From: Nitrospirota bacterium
GTDB taxonomy: Bacteria > Nitrospirota > Nitrospiria > SBBL01 > JAADHI01
Assembly (NCBI GenBank): GCA_029261215.1
Contig: JAJDBT010000113.1
Span: forward strand, 2,308-66,307
Length of the DNA stretch: 64,000 nt
Direction of reading: 5' to 3'
Translations under genes and position numbers: made by a program
Notes under the pieces: generated by a model
Database searches by the model: none
What the model saw: only the letters and a program-made list of their open reading frames with translations
Told to the model about the DNA's origin: nothing
Shown here: piece after piece, positions 8,049 through 16,912 of the stretch
How positions within the stretch are numbered: position 1 is the first letter of the stretch
Layout: every line of letters starts with the position of its first letter

Positions 8049-8741
8049 CTAAAAACCATATTCCTTTAAGACACGATCAACGAGTTGCTGATCCAGTTTT
8101 TCCCCTGAAGCAGAATATTCAAGTTCGCTCAAAAGCGCTTCTTTGTGCTCCGGGCCGGGATCAGATTCAGGGTTATTTTGACCAAAGGTGACGACCATTT
8201 TTAAAAGACGAGACTGAAACACCTTCAACATGGCATTCACTTTTCTGAGCTGTTGTCCGGCGGGATCCTGAAAAGAAAGCGTCCCGACAAGGTTCATCAT
8301 TGTGAGCTTGTTTTCGTCCAGCAATTGCGTCAGGTGCTTTAAATTCGCTTCAAGGTTTTCTTTTTCAATAGGCGATTCATGATTTAAAGCGGTTTGAATG
8401 TCCTCTATGCGTTCCGACATCAAGCTATGATTCTCAACGATTTTATCGGCATCATCCAGAATTTTGGTCGTGGCTTCTTCGGTTTTACGGTGGACATCCT
8501 GCAATTCGTCTCTTCCAATGTGAAGTTCGCTTGAAACACTCTCCATGATAGAACCTGCCGTTCGAACCTTCGTCACCATTTTATTTAAATAAAGAGCCAA
8601 TTCACCTACTTCGGCATAAAGATCAGGACCCATTAGAGATTTTGATGCATTCTCATGATTTTCGGAGCTCTTTTTCATATTCAAATGCGCCTTATGCGCC
8701 TCATCTCCATCGTGCTCTTCTTTTATATGGGGAACCGGCAT
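8049..8741 (-). CDS. cheZ: CheY-P phosphatase CheZ-like
   Basis: Catalytic motif SFQDPAGQQ (compare E. coli FQDLTGQ with D143/Q147). The C-terminal peptide LVDRVLKEYGF resembles the CheY-binding tail ...DDLLDSLGF. Located immediately downstream of cheY. Confidence 0.72.
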   Translation of the reverse strand: MPVPHIKEEHDGDEAHKAHLNMKKSSENHENASKSLMGPDLYAEVGELALYLNKMVTKVRTAGSIMESVSSELHIGRDELQDVHRKTEEATTKILDDADKIVENHSLMSERIEDIQTALNHESPIEKENLEANLKHLTQLLDENKLTMMNLVGTLSFQDPAGQQLRKVNAMLKVFQSRLLKMVVTFGQNNPESDPGPEHKEALLSELEYSASGEKLDQQLVDRVLKEYGF

Positions 8742-8765
8742 TAATGTTTTCTCCTATATTATGCA

Positions 8766-9146
8766 TCAGTTTGGAAATATTTTTTCAATTTTTTCTTTTA
8801 AGGCATCGGCCGTAAATGGCTTAACAATGTAATTGGTCGCTCCGGCGCGAATGGCTTCCAATACACATTTCTGTGAGGCCTGGGCCGTCACCATCAATAC
8901 GGGCAGTTCCCTGAAAGCCGCATCTTCGCGAATGGACTTCAACATGCCCAATCCATCCAGGTTTGGCATGTTCCAGTCCGATATGACAAGATCTATTCCA
9001 CCCTCTTTCACCTTGTCCAATCCGACTTGACCATCTTCTGCTTCCTCCAGCTTGCTAAATCCCAGCTGTCTGAGCGCATTTTTTATGATTCTCCGCATTG
9101 TGGACATATCATCCACAATTAAAATTTGCATATTTAAGTCTGGCAT
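8766..9146 (-). CDS. cheY: Chemotaxis response regulator CheY
   Basis: 126-aa single receiver: ILIVDDMSTMRR, SDWNMPNLDG, MVTAQA and YIVKPF. Confidence 0.9.
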   Translation of the reverse strand: MPDLNMQILIVDDMSTMRRIIKNALRQLGFSKLEEAEDGQVGLDKVKEGGIDLVISDWNMPNLDGLGMLKSIREDAAFRELPVLMVTAQASQKCVLEAIRAGATNYIVKPFTADALKEKIEKIFPN

Positions 9147-10015
9147 ACCCTTCTCCTTTTTATATCCGGCACGTCCCCCTGTTTATCAGGATAAAAACTA
9201 TTTTTTATTTTATAAAAACCCGCCTTCTTTTCATCTACTCGGACCAGAGACGTATTGAGCCCGAATAAACCCTCTGTTCCCCCCAAAAACAATACCCCTT
9301 CAGGAGCAAGCAAATTCGTGATCCGGTCAATCACATTTTGTTTTGTTTTTGTGTCAAGATAAATGAGGATATTTCGACAAAAAACAATGTCCATCTGACC
9401 GATGGATGAAAAAGGAGACAAGAGGTTCAGACGTCGAAAATGAACCAATTCCTGAAGTTTGGGTTTAATCTGCCAGGTCAGTCCAACCTGGGTAAAATGA
9501 CGAAGCAGTTGATGTGCTGTGAGCCCTCTCTGGACTTCATGCTGGGAATAAACGCCAGTTTTGGCCCGAATCAGAACAGACTCGGAAATATCAGACGCCA
9601 TAATCTGAATATCCCAGCCATCCAGCATCGATCCCATTTCGCTCAATAAAATAGCCAAACTATAAGGCTCCTGCCCCGTTGAACAGGCAGCAGACCATAT
9701 CCGTAATTTGCGTGATGCGCTGTTTGAAGCCAATAACCCGGGAATCAGCACTTCTCTTAAAACAGAATAAGCAGGACTATCTCTAAAAAACGAGGTTTCA
9801 TTGGTCGTCATTGCATCGACCACTTTTTCTCGAAGCGAACGGTTCCCTGTCTGCATGAGCTGATGCCCAAGCATTTCTATTGAATCAAAACCTTCTTGTA
9901 CAGCAAGGGGTTCAAGCCGTGATTCAATGAGGTAGGTTTTTGACTCATCAAGTAAAAGACCACTCTCCTGGTAAAGTAGTTTAAAATAGAATTGCAGCAT
10001 TTCTTTAGAAACCAT
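9134..10015 (-). CDS. cheR: Chemotaxis protein methyltransferase CheR
   Basis: CheR N-terminal helical domain plus a SAM-binding domain (ETSFFRD, IWSAACSTGQEPYSLAILL, FCRNILIYLD). Confidence 0.9.
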   Translation of the reverse strand: MVSKEMLQFYFKLLYQESGLLLDESKTYLIESRLEPLAVQEGFDSIEMLGHQLMQTGNRSLREKVVDAMTTNETSFFRDSPAYSVLREVLIPGLLASNSASRKLRIWSAACSTGQEPYSLAILLSEMGSMLDGWDIQIMASDISESVLIRAKTGVYSQHEVQRGLTAHQLLRHFTQVGLTWQIKPKLQELVHFRRLNLLSPFSSIGQMDIVFCRNILIYLDTKTKQNVIDRITNLLAPEGVLFLGGTEGLFGLNTSLVRVDEKKAGFYKIKNSFYPDKQGDVPDIKRRRVCQT

Positions 10016-10028
10016 TGAAGTCCCTTGA

Positions 10029-11147
10029 TTACCTTGATGCCATAAGTGATGGGCCTTTTAAAACACAGTGTTCTATCGTTTCAGCCAGCTGATTCAAAGG
10101 GAGCACCTGGTCTGCCAAACCTTCATTGACGACACACGAAGGCATTCCCCAAACCACACTCGTGGCTTCATCCTGGACAATGATGCTCGCCCCTGCTTTT
10201 TTCATCATTCTTGATCCCTGAAGCCCGTCTTTCCCCATGCCGGTCATGATCACACCCAAAGAAAAAGCGCCATATACTTCAGCGACAGATCTAAAAAGAA
10301 CATCTGCGGCCGGGCGACAAGAATTTTCAGGAGGATTCTGATTAATAGACAAACAAAACTTGCTGCCTTTTTGCACGACAAGCATGTGATAATTCCCTGG
10401 CGCAAAATAGGCAGTACCCGCTTTAAGGAACATCCCGTCTTCGCCTTCCAAAACCTGTATCTTTGAATTGCTGTCCAGGCGTTTGGAGAGCAGTTTTGTA
10501 AACAAAGGCGGCATGTGTTGCACAATGACAATGGGTACCGGGAAATCGGCAGATAACAGCGGCAGGACAGCTGAAAGGGCTTCAGGGCCACCCGTCGAAA
10601 TACCAATCGCCACCACCTTCGGTTTATTGATGACAGAATCATCCTGAACATGCCTTGTCGGTGGAACCGCCTCATAGGAAACCCGCTTTGGAAGCGTTAT
10701 TGGCGGGTGCGACCGGGATCGGAATTGCTTGATTTTTGGAATCAATTCGAATGCAATTCCATCAACTCTTTCTTTATAACTCGTATTTCTCGCATCCGTG
10801 CAGGGTTTTGAAACATAGTCATTTGCACCCAGGGACAAGGCTTTAATGGTTTGCATGGCCCCTCGCTCGGTCAGCGTGCTAAACATGATCACCCGAATCA
10901 AAGAACGTTTGGCCCGGAGCGTTTGCAGAACCTCAAACCCATTGCAAACCGGCATTTCAATGTCGAGGATCAAAACATCAGGCGAGAGTTCAGAAATTTT
11001 TTCCAAAGCAATTTCCCCATTAACTGCTGTCCCGACGACATCAATCCCCGGATCAGACTCCAAGGCGTCGCTCACCGCCTTTCTCACCACAATGGAGTCG
11101 TCTACAATCAATACACGCACCGGAGAGGCACCCAATCTATTGAACAT
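10029..11147 (-). CDS. cheB: Chemotaxis response regulator protein-glutamate methylesterase CheB
   Basis: N-terminal receiver (VLIVDDSIVVRK, LDIEMP) plus a methylesterase domain (GISTGGPEAL, IVQHMPPLFT, GMGKDG). Confidence 0.9.
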   Translation of the reverse strand: MFNRLGASPVRVLIVDDSIVVRKAVSDALESDPGIDVVGTAVNGEIALEKISELSPDVLILDIEMPVCNGFEVLQTLRAKRSLIRVIMFSTLTERGAMQTIKALSLGANDYVSKPCTDARNTSYKERVDGIAFELIPKIKQFRSRSHPPITLPKRVSYEAVPPTRHVQDDSVINKPKVVAIGISTGGPEALSAVLPLLSADFPVPIVIVQHMPPLFTKLLSKRLDSNSKIQVLEGEDGMFLKAGTAYFAPGNYHMLVVQKGSKFCLSINQNPPENSCRPAADVLFRSVAEVYGAFSLGVIMTGMGKDGLQGSRMMKKAGASIIVQDEATSVVWGMPSCVVNEGLADQVLPLNQLAETIEHCVLKGPSLMASR

Positions 11148-11520
11148 TTTTGTCCCCTGAAAACCCTAAACTCATTATTTTTTCCTCTAAAATCTCTTTT
11201 GTAAAAGGCTTCATCACATATTCGTCCACGCCAAGCTCCATCGCACTTTCGATCTTGTTTTCAGTGTTGACAGTCGTAACCATAATGACCTTTGGTCGCA
11301 CACTCAGACCGGCTGTTTTCATCCATTTCAATAATGCCATGCCGTCCATGACGGGCATATGCCAATCCAGCAAAATCAGTCGGATGTCTTCATGGGTATT
11401 GAGTTGAGTCATTGCTTCTTTTCCATGCGTGGCTTCCACATAGTCTAGGTGCATACTGGTCAGCATTCTTCCTATAATTTTTCGAATTGGAGAGGCATCA
11501 TCAACGATTAGTACTTTCAT
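11137..11520 (-). CDS. Second CheY-like single-domain response regulator
   Basis: 127-aa receiver: VLIVDDASPIRK, LDWHMPVMDG, YVMKPF. Located between cheW and cheB. Confidence 0.82.
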   Translation of the reverse strand: MKVLIVDDASPIRKIIGRMLTSMHLDYVEATHGKEAMTQLNTHEDIRLILLDWHMPVMDGMALLKWMKTAGLSVRPKVIMVTTVNTENKIESAMELGVDEYVMKPFTKEILEEKIMSLGFSGDKNVQ

Positions 11521-11547
11521 TCAATTACTCCAGATTTTAATATGCTC

Positions 11548-12078
11548 CTAAGCGACCTGAACCGCACATTCCGTATTTAAGGCCAATAAGAGTTTGCCCT
11601 CTAACTTATAGACGCCCTCAATGGCCATCCCTAACTGTTGTTCCAGGGTTTTAGGGGGTAATTCAAACAGATCAGGCCTTACACGGATGACATCGCCGAT
11701 TTGATCGACCAATAAATTCACGGGACCATCGGATGTTCTGACCACAATACTCATGGGCGCTTCACCCGTAGAATTCTCTTTAAAACCCAGACGTTTTCTC
11801 AAATCAATGCTCATGATGATTTGCCCACGCAGATTGATGAGTCCTGCAACCGAGGCGGGGGACTTGGGCACCGAAGTCATTTCTTTAGACAAAAACACTT
11901 CCTGAACCTGTTCAATTTCAATCCCCAGAAAATGATCGTCCAGATAAAAGGTTGCATACTGACGGTTATTTTCAAAACGCCGATCCGAAATGGAGACACG
12001 TCGATCCGTCTCTAAAGACGGCTCAGGGTTTTCTGCACGTCGTTCTTTGCCTCGCGCCAGCATTTCTTCTTCATTCAT
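11548..12078 (-). CDS. cheW: Chemotaxis coupling protein CheW (start probably ATG at 12078; the ORF is open to 12114)
   Basis: CheW domain (YATFYLDDHFLGIEIEQVQEV...AGLINLRGQIIMSIDLRKRLG) with an N-terminal extension of about 45 aa. A GGAGAAAAGG Shine-Dalgarno-like sequence precedes ATG 12078. Confidence 0.85.
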   Translation of the reverse strand: MNEEEMLARGKERRAENPEPSLETDRRVSISDRRFENNRQYATFYLDDHFLGIEIEQVQEVFLSKEMTSVPKSPASVAGLINLRGQIIMSIDLRKRLGFKENSTGEAPMSIVVRTSDGPVNLLVDQIGDVIRVRPDLFELPPKTLEQQLGMAIEGVYKLEGKLLLALNTECAVQVA

Positions 12079-12126
12079 AACCTTTTCTCCACCCATATGC
12101 GGGAAACCCTTCACCTAACGAAATCC

Positions 12127-14484
12127 TCAAACAAACGTCTCTTCCATCCATTCTGGAATCACACATGAAATCACCTGATCCACATCCAGCAAGTCTGTAC
12201 TCTTCTCCTGAATAACAATCGACCCCCGGATCCCCGGCGTGCTCCCTGATGGATGGTGAAGATGCAAAGGCACATTGACAATATCCATGATCTTGCCGAC
12301 GACCATCCCCACGCTTTTCTGGTTTCGTGTGCACACAATCACCGAAACATGCTCAGAGACTTCAAGGCCGCTCATATCGATATTCAAAGCATTCTCGATA
12401 TGAATAAGCGGCAAAAGATCATCTCGGTACTGAATCACCTCTTGTCCAGAGGAGTGCTCGACTCTATCCGGAAGAAACTCTTCCAATCGGGTGATCTCTG
12501 AAAGAGAGACGGCATAACGGTCTTCCCCATTCATTGAGAAAAGTACAAAGGCTGCTGTCTTTTCTTCTGTTTCAACTACAGACGCTTCTTCAAGGCTCAT
12601 GGCCGTCTCATGGGCCCCGCCCCCCAGTAAACTACCCTCCTCCGCAACCCCCATGACATCCAGAATCAAGGCCACACAGCCATCACCCAATATCGTCGCC
12701 CCAGCCAAATAAGCCAGACTCCTCAATTGCCGGTTGACAGGTTTCACCACAATTTCTTCGCTATCATTGACAAAATCCACAACAAGCCCAAATGAATGTT
12801 CATTCACTTTTAAAACAACAATATTTATCCCGATATCATGTAGCGCCCCCGCACGAGAGGCCTGTTCTGTGAGGCCAAGCACTTCATTCAGATAGATCAG
12901 AGGCAAAAGAACGCCTCTTAATCGATAAAAGTGAGCCCCTCGGATCACTTCAATCTGTTGACGACACTCTTCATTCACCAGAACCAGTTCAATCAGACTT
13001 GCCTGCGGAATCGCAAAAGGCGCTCCGCCTGAAACAACCATCAAAGCCGGGATAATGGCCAGGGTCAAAGGGATTTCTATTCTCATTTCAGTCCCTTCGC
13101 CCAAGCGGCTGCTCATGCTGACCGTCCCGCCGATTTTTTCGATATTTGTTTTAACCACATCCATTCCCACGCCTCGACCGGAAACATGAGTCACCTGCTT
13201 TGCTGTGGATAATCCGGGATGAAAGATTAAATGAAGCGCTTCTCTTTCAGACATGCGGTCGGCCAGGGCTTGTGTGATCAGTTCTTTTTCAATCGCCTTG
13301 ATTTTTACGCGTTCAATATCGATTCCGGCACCGTCATCCGAAATTTGAATAACGATACGACCTCCTTCATGAAAGGCTTTGAGAAAAAGGGTTCCTTTCT
13401 CATTTTTTCCCTGTTCCCTTCGGATATCAGCAGACTCGATTCCATGATCCACCGCATTTCGAATAATATGGGTCATCGGGTCTTTAATCGCTTCAAGCAG
13501 GGTTTTATCCAGTTCTGTTTCGGCCCCTTTCATCACGAGATCAACCGATTTACCATTTGCATGGGCCAAATCACGGATCATGCGTGGAAACTTGTCCCAC
13601 ACGTTTTTAATCGGCTGCATGCGGGTTTTCATCACAGTATCTTGCAGTTCCGTTGTAATGAGATTGATCTGTTGAACGGTTCCGCTTTTCGCCTTTGTGG
13701 AAGATGTTCCGTCCTGATCCCGGGCTTGCTGCAATAATTGATTCCGGGCTAAAACCAGCTCACCCACCAAATTGATCAATTGGTCCAAAAGATGGACATC
13801 CACCCGAATCGCAGATTCTGCCAATGCCGGTTTCTTTTTATCTATGTTTTCATTCCCAGAAACGGGTTTCTCATTTTGGACGGGAGAAACAGTCGCTTCC
13901 TCGTCTGCACGGGCTTCCGTCTTTTTCGAGTCTTTGTTTCCTTCGCTTATCGCTGTTTCACTCGCGGCTTCTTCTGCTTCAGTCCTTGTCTTTTCTGGGG
14001 CCTTATTGAGAAGCGCATCCGCCTCGAGGTCTTTCATGATGGCATCAACTCTCAAGGCTTCTTCATCTGTTATCGGTTTTGATTCCGATGCGCTCGACCC
14101 GCTTTCTAAAAAAGCATCCAGTTTCTGGCGCATGGGGCTATAGTCTGTTTCAGGCTCTTTACGTTCCGTTTCGATATGCGCAAGAATCTCCTTAATGACA
14201 TCCACCGCTTCCAGCAGAATCGTAATGCCATCGGAGGTGACGCGCATCTCGCGATCCCGCATCACAGAAAGGATGTTCTCTGTTCCATGCGCGACATTTT
14301 CAAGTTTTGGCAAACCCAAAAAACCGCAAGTCCCTTTGATGGTATGCACCGCTCGAAAAATGCTTCCTAATAAATCAGCATTCCCCGGATCTTCCTCCAA
14401 AGCGACAAACTCCTGATCAAGGTGTTCAAGACTTTCTGAACACTCGACAAGAAACTCATCTAGAATTTCGTCTTCTTCTTCCAT
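12127..14484 (-). CDS. cheA: Chemotaxis histidine kinase CheA with two C-terminal CheW-like domains
   Basis: Hpt domain (FRAVHTIKGTCGFLG), dimerisation region, HATPase (HIIRNAVDHG, DDGAGI, GRGVGMD), a P5 CheW-like domain, and a second CheW-like repeat (FVLFSMNGEDRYAVSLSEITRLEE...GMVVGKIMDIV). Confidence 0.9.
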   Translation of the reverse strand: MEEEDEILDEFLVECSESLEHLDQEFVALEEDPGNADLLGSIFRAVHTIKGTCGFLGLPKLENVAHGTENILSVMRDREMRVTSDGITILLEAVDVIKEILAHIETERKEPETDYSPMRQKLDAFLESGSSASESKPITDEEALRVDAIMKDLEADALLNKAPEKTRTEAEEAASETAISEGNKDSKKTEARADEEATVSPVQNEKPVSGNENIDKKKPALAESAIRVDVHLLDQLINLVGELVLARNQLLQQARDQDGTSSTKAKSGTVQQINLITTELQDTVMKTRMQPIKNVWDKFPRMIRDLAHANGKSVDLVMKGAETELDKTLLEAIKDPMTHIIRNAVDHGIESADIRREQGKNEKGTLFLKAFHEGGRIVIQISDDGAGIDIERVKIKAIEKELITQALADRMSEREALHLIFHPGLSTAKQVTHVSGRGVGMDVVKTNIEKIGGTVSMSSRLGEGTEMRIEIPLTLAIIPALMVVSGGAPFAIPQASLIELVLVNEECRQQIEVIRGAHFYRLRGVLLPLIYLNEVLGLTEQASRAGALHDIGINIVVLKVNEHSFGLVVDFVNDSEEIVVKPVNRQLRSLAYLAGATILGDGCVALILDVMGVAEEGSLLGGGAHETAMSLEEASVVETEEKTAAFVLFSMNGEDRYAVSLSEITRLEEFLPDRVEHSSGQEVIQYRDDLLPLIHIENALNIDMSGLEVSEHVSVIVCTRNQKSVGMVVGKIMDIVNVPLHLHHPSGSTPGIRGSIVIQEKSTDLLDVDQVISCVIPEWMEETFV

Positions 14485-14537
14485 CGACTCCCTTTTTATC
14501 TCAATCCTTTTAAAATGAGCACAACCCCTATTCTCTC

Positions 14538-14565
14538 GTATCGGCAGTACAATAAAATTTCTTTA
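14538..14565 (-). promoter_or_regulatory. Sigma-28 (FliA)-type promoter candidate upstream of cheA
   Basis: The minus strand reads CTAAAG-N15-GCCGATAC (consensus TAAA-N15-GCCGATAA; here the spacer is N16 counted from TAAA). It lies about 55 nt upstream of the cheA ATG at 14484. Confidence 0.45.
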
Positions 14566-14609
14566 GAAAACAGCCTTCAAACATCCTGAATTTACCTGCG
14601 TGTAAGCAA

Positions 14610-15920
14610 TCAGCGCGCGTTCAATAAGTAGTCCACCTCAACCGTGTTTCCACCATTCAAAAAATGAACCCTGCTCGACAGTGAATGAATCAAGGTGATG
14701 CCTTTTCCAGAAGGGACACTCGTATGATCGTCTTGCCTTTTAGGGTAGTCATGAGTGTCAAAACCTTCCCCGCTGTCTTCAATACGGAGCCTTATCCAAT
14801 CTTTGCCAGACTCCGCCCTCCGTTCCATAAAAATATCGACGCGGCCTTCTTCAAGAAGATGCAGTCTCTGGGAACGTTGGTTTAAATACCCTTCAAAACC
14901 CGTAGAAGACGATTTGAGCCCCGAATCCAATCCGAGCAATCCATGATCAACGGCATTGGTATAAAGTTCTGTCAGGATAAGAAAAAGACGCTGTGTATCC
15001 CTCTGCGCGATGCTGGCTTGTTTTAGCCAGGTCAGTAAAATCGGGAGTACATCAATGTTTTTAATATCTGCTTCACTTAAATGAAGCGAAACACGCCAGT
15101 GATGCGGACCACTGTTTTGAGATTCTTTTGGAAGTGCCTCAATCGCTTTTTGAGGAAAAACGCCAAGACCGCAATTCACCACAATAAGAGAAATATCATC
15201 TTCCGCTTCCTTCTCGCCGAGATAATCCATCACGCTTTTCTTTAAGTTTTGGAAACGATGGGGCGCGTCTGCATGAAATAGCGTCTCCTCTAATCTCGAG
15301 GTGCCAAAAAGCTGATCGCTTTCATCTCTCGCATCAATTAAACCATCTGAGTGCAGATAGAGCTGCCCAGGCTTGTCCCATTGAAAATAGGAGACTTTCT
15401 CATCAAAATCTTTGTCGGAAAGCACACCGATCGGCAGGTGATTCGATTTCCAGCGCTGAACAATCTCACCGTCCTCACTCATAAAAAAAGGAGTCGGTCC
15501 GCCGCCATTCCAAATCTCAATGGTTCGATTTGACGGATTCACAGAAGCCAGCGTCGCGGCAATAAAACGATCCCTGGGTAAGAGGGTATGCATTTTTTTG
15601 TTTAATTCTTTGGCAATGCTCCCGATTGGAAAACCTTTGCCCGTCATCGCATAAAAGATTTCTGAAACAGGCATCATACAAAGCGCTGTGGCAAGTCCGT
15701 GTCCAGTGCCGTCCCCTAAAATGACATGCAGACGATCTCCCGCCGTCATCCGGGCGGCAATCACATCTCCGGAAAACTCTGCGGCGGGAAGAAGCCAATG
15801 CTGGAACAAATCGGGATCGACTTGAATATCACGAACCAGATTCCCCATGACGTAGCGGGCCAGACTCAGGCTTTTTTCAGTGCCGTCGCGATACCTTTGA
15901 TGATGAGTGACTGAATTCAC
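14610..15920 (-). CDS. Fused PP2C (SpoIIE-type) phosphatase and RsbW/SpoIIAB-type Ser kinase (HATPase_c), HsbR-like but without a receiver domain
   Basis: PP2C motifs ILGDGTGHG, LHSDGLID and DDISLIVV. C-terminal HATPase has N-box ELYTNAVDHG, G1 DSGEGF and G2 GKGITLI. Only about 50 aa precede the PP2C domain. Confidence 0.8.
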   Translation of the reverse strand: MNSVTHHQRYRDGTEKSLSLARYVMGNLVRDIQVDPDLFQHWLLPAAEFSGDVIAARMTAGDRLHVILGDGTGHGLATALCMMPVSEIFYAMTGKGFPIGSIAKELNKKMHTLLPRDRFIAATLASVNPSNRTIEIWNGGGPTPFFMSEDGEIVQRWKSNHLPIGVLSDKDFDEKVSYFQWDKPGQLYLHSDGLIDARDESDQLFGTSRLEETLFHADAPHRFQNLKKSVMDYLGEKEAEDDISLIVVNCGLGVFPQKAIEALPKESQNSGPHHWRVSLHLSEADIKNIDVLPILLTWLKQASIAQRDTQRLFLILTELYTNAVDHGLLGLDSGLKSSSTGFEGYLNQRSQRLHLLEEGRVDIFMERRAESGKDWIRLRIEDSGEGFDTHDYPKRQDDHTSVPSGKGITLIHSLSSRVHFLNGGNTVEVDYLLNAR

Positions 15921-15937
15921 GGTGCATCCTTTTCTGA

Positions 15938-16249
15938 TTACTGGATCGCAAACAACTTGCCGAAGTTCACAATCTCTAAAATCTCGCGAACGGTCTCCTG
16001 ACAGTTTGTGAGTTTGATCATCCTGTTTTCTTCATCTGCCCGCTCTTTAAACAAAAGCAGCATGCCGAGCGCAGAGCTGTCCATATAATCCACTCCGCTT
16101 AAATCAACCGTAATCGCACCCGTGGACACATCATTGAGTCCCGATTCATAGGCCTTCCTGAATTCCTTATTTGAATTAAAATCAAAACGTCCCGCCAGAA
16201 GAAATTTGAGTTTCCCCTGATCTTTATTAATTGTGACACTCAGTGACAT
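15938..16249 (-). CDS. STAS-domain anti-sigma-factor antagonist (SpoIIAA/RsbV/HsbA-like)
   Basis: 103 aa with DLSGVDYMDSSALGML, which contains the conserved phosphorylatable Ser context (DSS-x-LG). Confidence 0.85.
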   Translation of the reverse strand: MSLSVTINKDQGKLKFLLAGRFDFNSNKEFRKAYESGLNDVSTGAITVDLSGVDYMDSSALGMLLLFKERADEENRMIKLTNCQETVREILEIVNFGKLFAIQ

Positions 16250-16288
16250 ACTCTCCTCACTTTCTAATCAACTCTGTCATTCTCTTCA

Positions 16289-16912
16289 TCAAGGCGCTAT
16301 CCCGTTTTTCGGGGACACCCCTTCAATACAGTCCTTTTTATAGGCCTCTTCACGAATCAGGATGGTCTTGTTTCGCATTCGGGTGATTTTTTTCATCAGC
16401 ACACGACCGGTATCTGTATAAAAATAAATCTTCCTCGGGTAAACATCGCCAATATCTGACTTCAGCAGCCTGAGATTCTCTTTTTTTAGATATTCCACGA
16501 TCCACTCAAAAGGATTCGGGGCCTTCGTTTTCATCCCCTCTTCGAGTGCCGCACCTCCAAAAACCTTCACTTCCATCCTGTTTTTGGCTCCCCCCTGCTT
16601 GATGACTTCGCTGACCAGACGATCCATCGCATCCCGGCGATCCGTCTCGGCGCTTTTCTTCACTTCATCATCAAGACCTTCATTTGCATTGGGAACGATG
16701 AAATGATTCATTCCGCCAATTCTGGCCACCGGATCCGTTACACAGGCGGAAAAAAATGAACCGACAACCGTATACACCACAGTCGGCGTTCGGCTGACAT
16801 AAAATTCACCTGGCAGAATCTGGGCGACTTTGTGCGGAAACCGTCCATCACAAATCAGCCGAATGTGCGAAAAGTCGCCATGACCTGCTCCATTCTCAGT
16901 ATGAGAAGACAT
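16289..16912 (-). CDS. cheD: CheD-like chemoreceptor glutamine deamidase homologue (atypical active site, extended termini)
   Basis: CheD core: LPGEFYVS...YTVVGSFFSACVTDPVARIGGMNHFIVP...KVFGGA. GSF sits where GSC (the catalytic Cys) is expected. AAGGAA Shine-Dalgarno before the ATG. Confidence 0.68.
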   Translation of the reverse strand: MSSHTENGAGHGDFSHIRLICDGRFPHKVAQILPGEFYVSRTPTVVYTVVGSFFSACVTDPVARIGGMNHFIVPNANEGLDDEVKKSAETDRRDAMDRLVSEVIKQGGAKNRMEVKVFGGAALEEGMKTKAPNPFEWIVEYLKKENLRLLKSDIGDVYPRKIYFYTDTGRVLMKKITRMRNKTILIREEAYKKDCIEGVSPKNGIAP

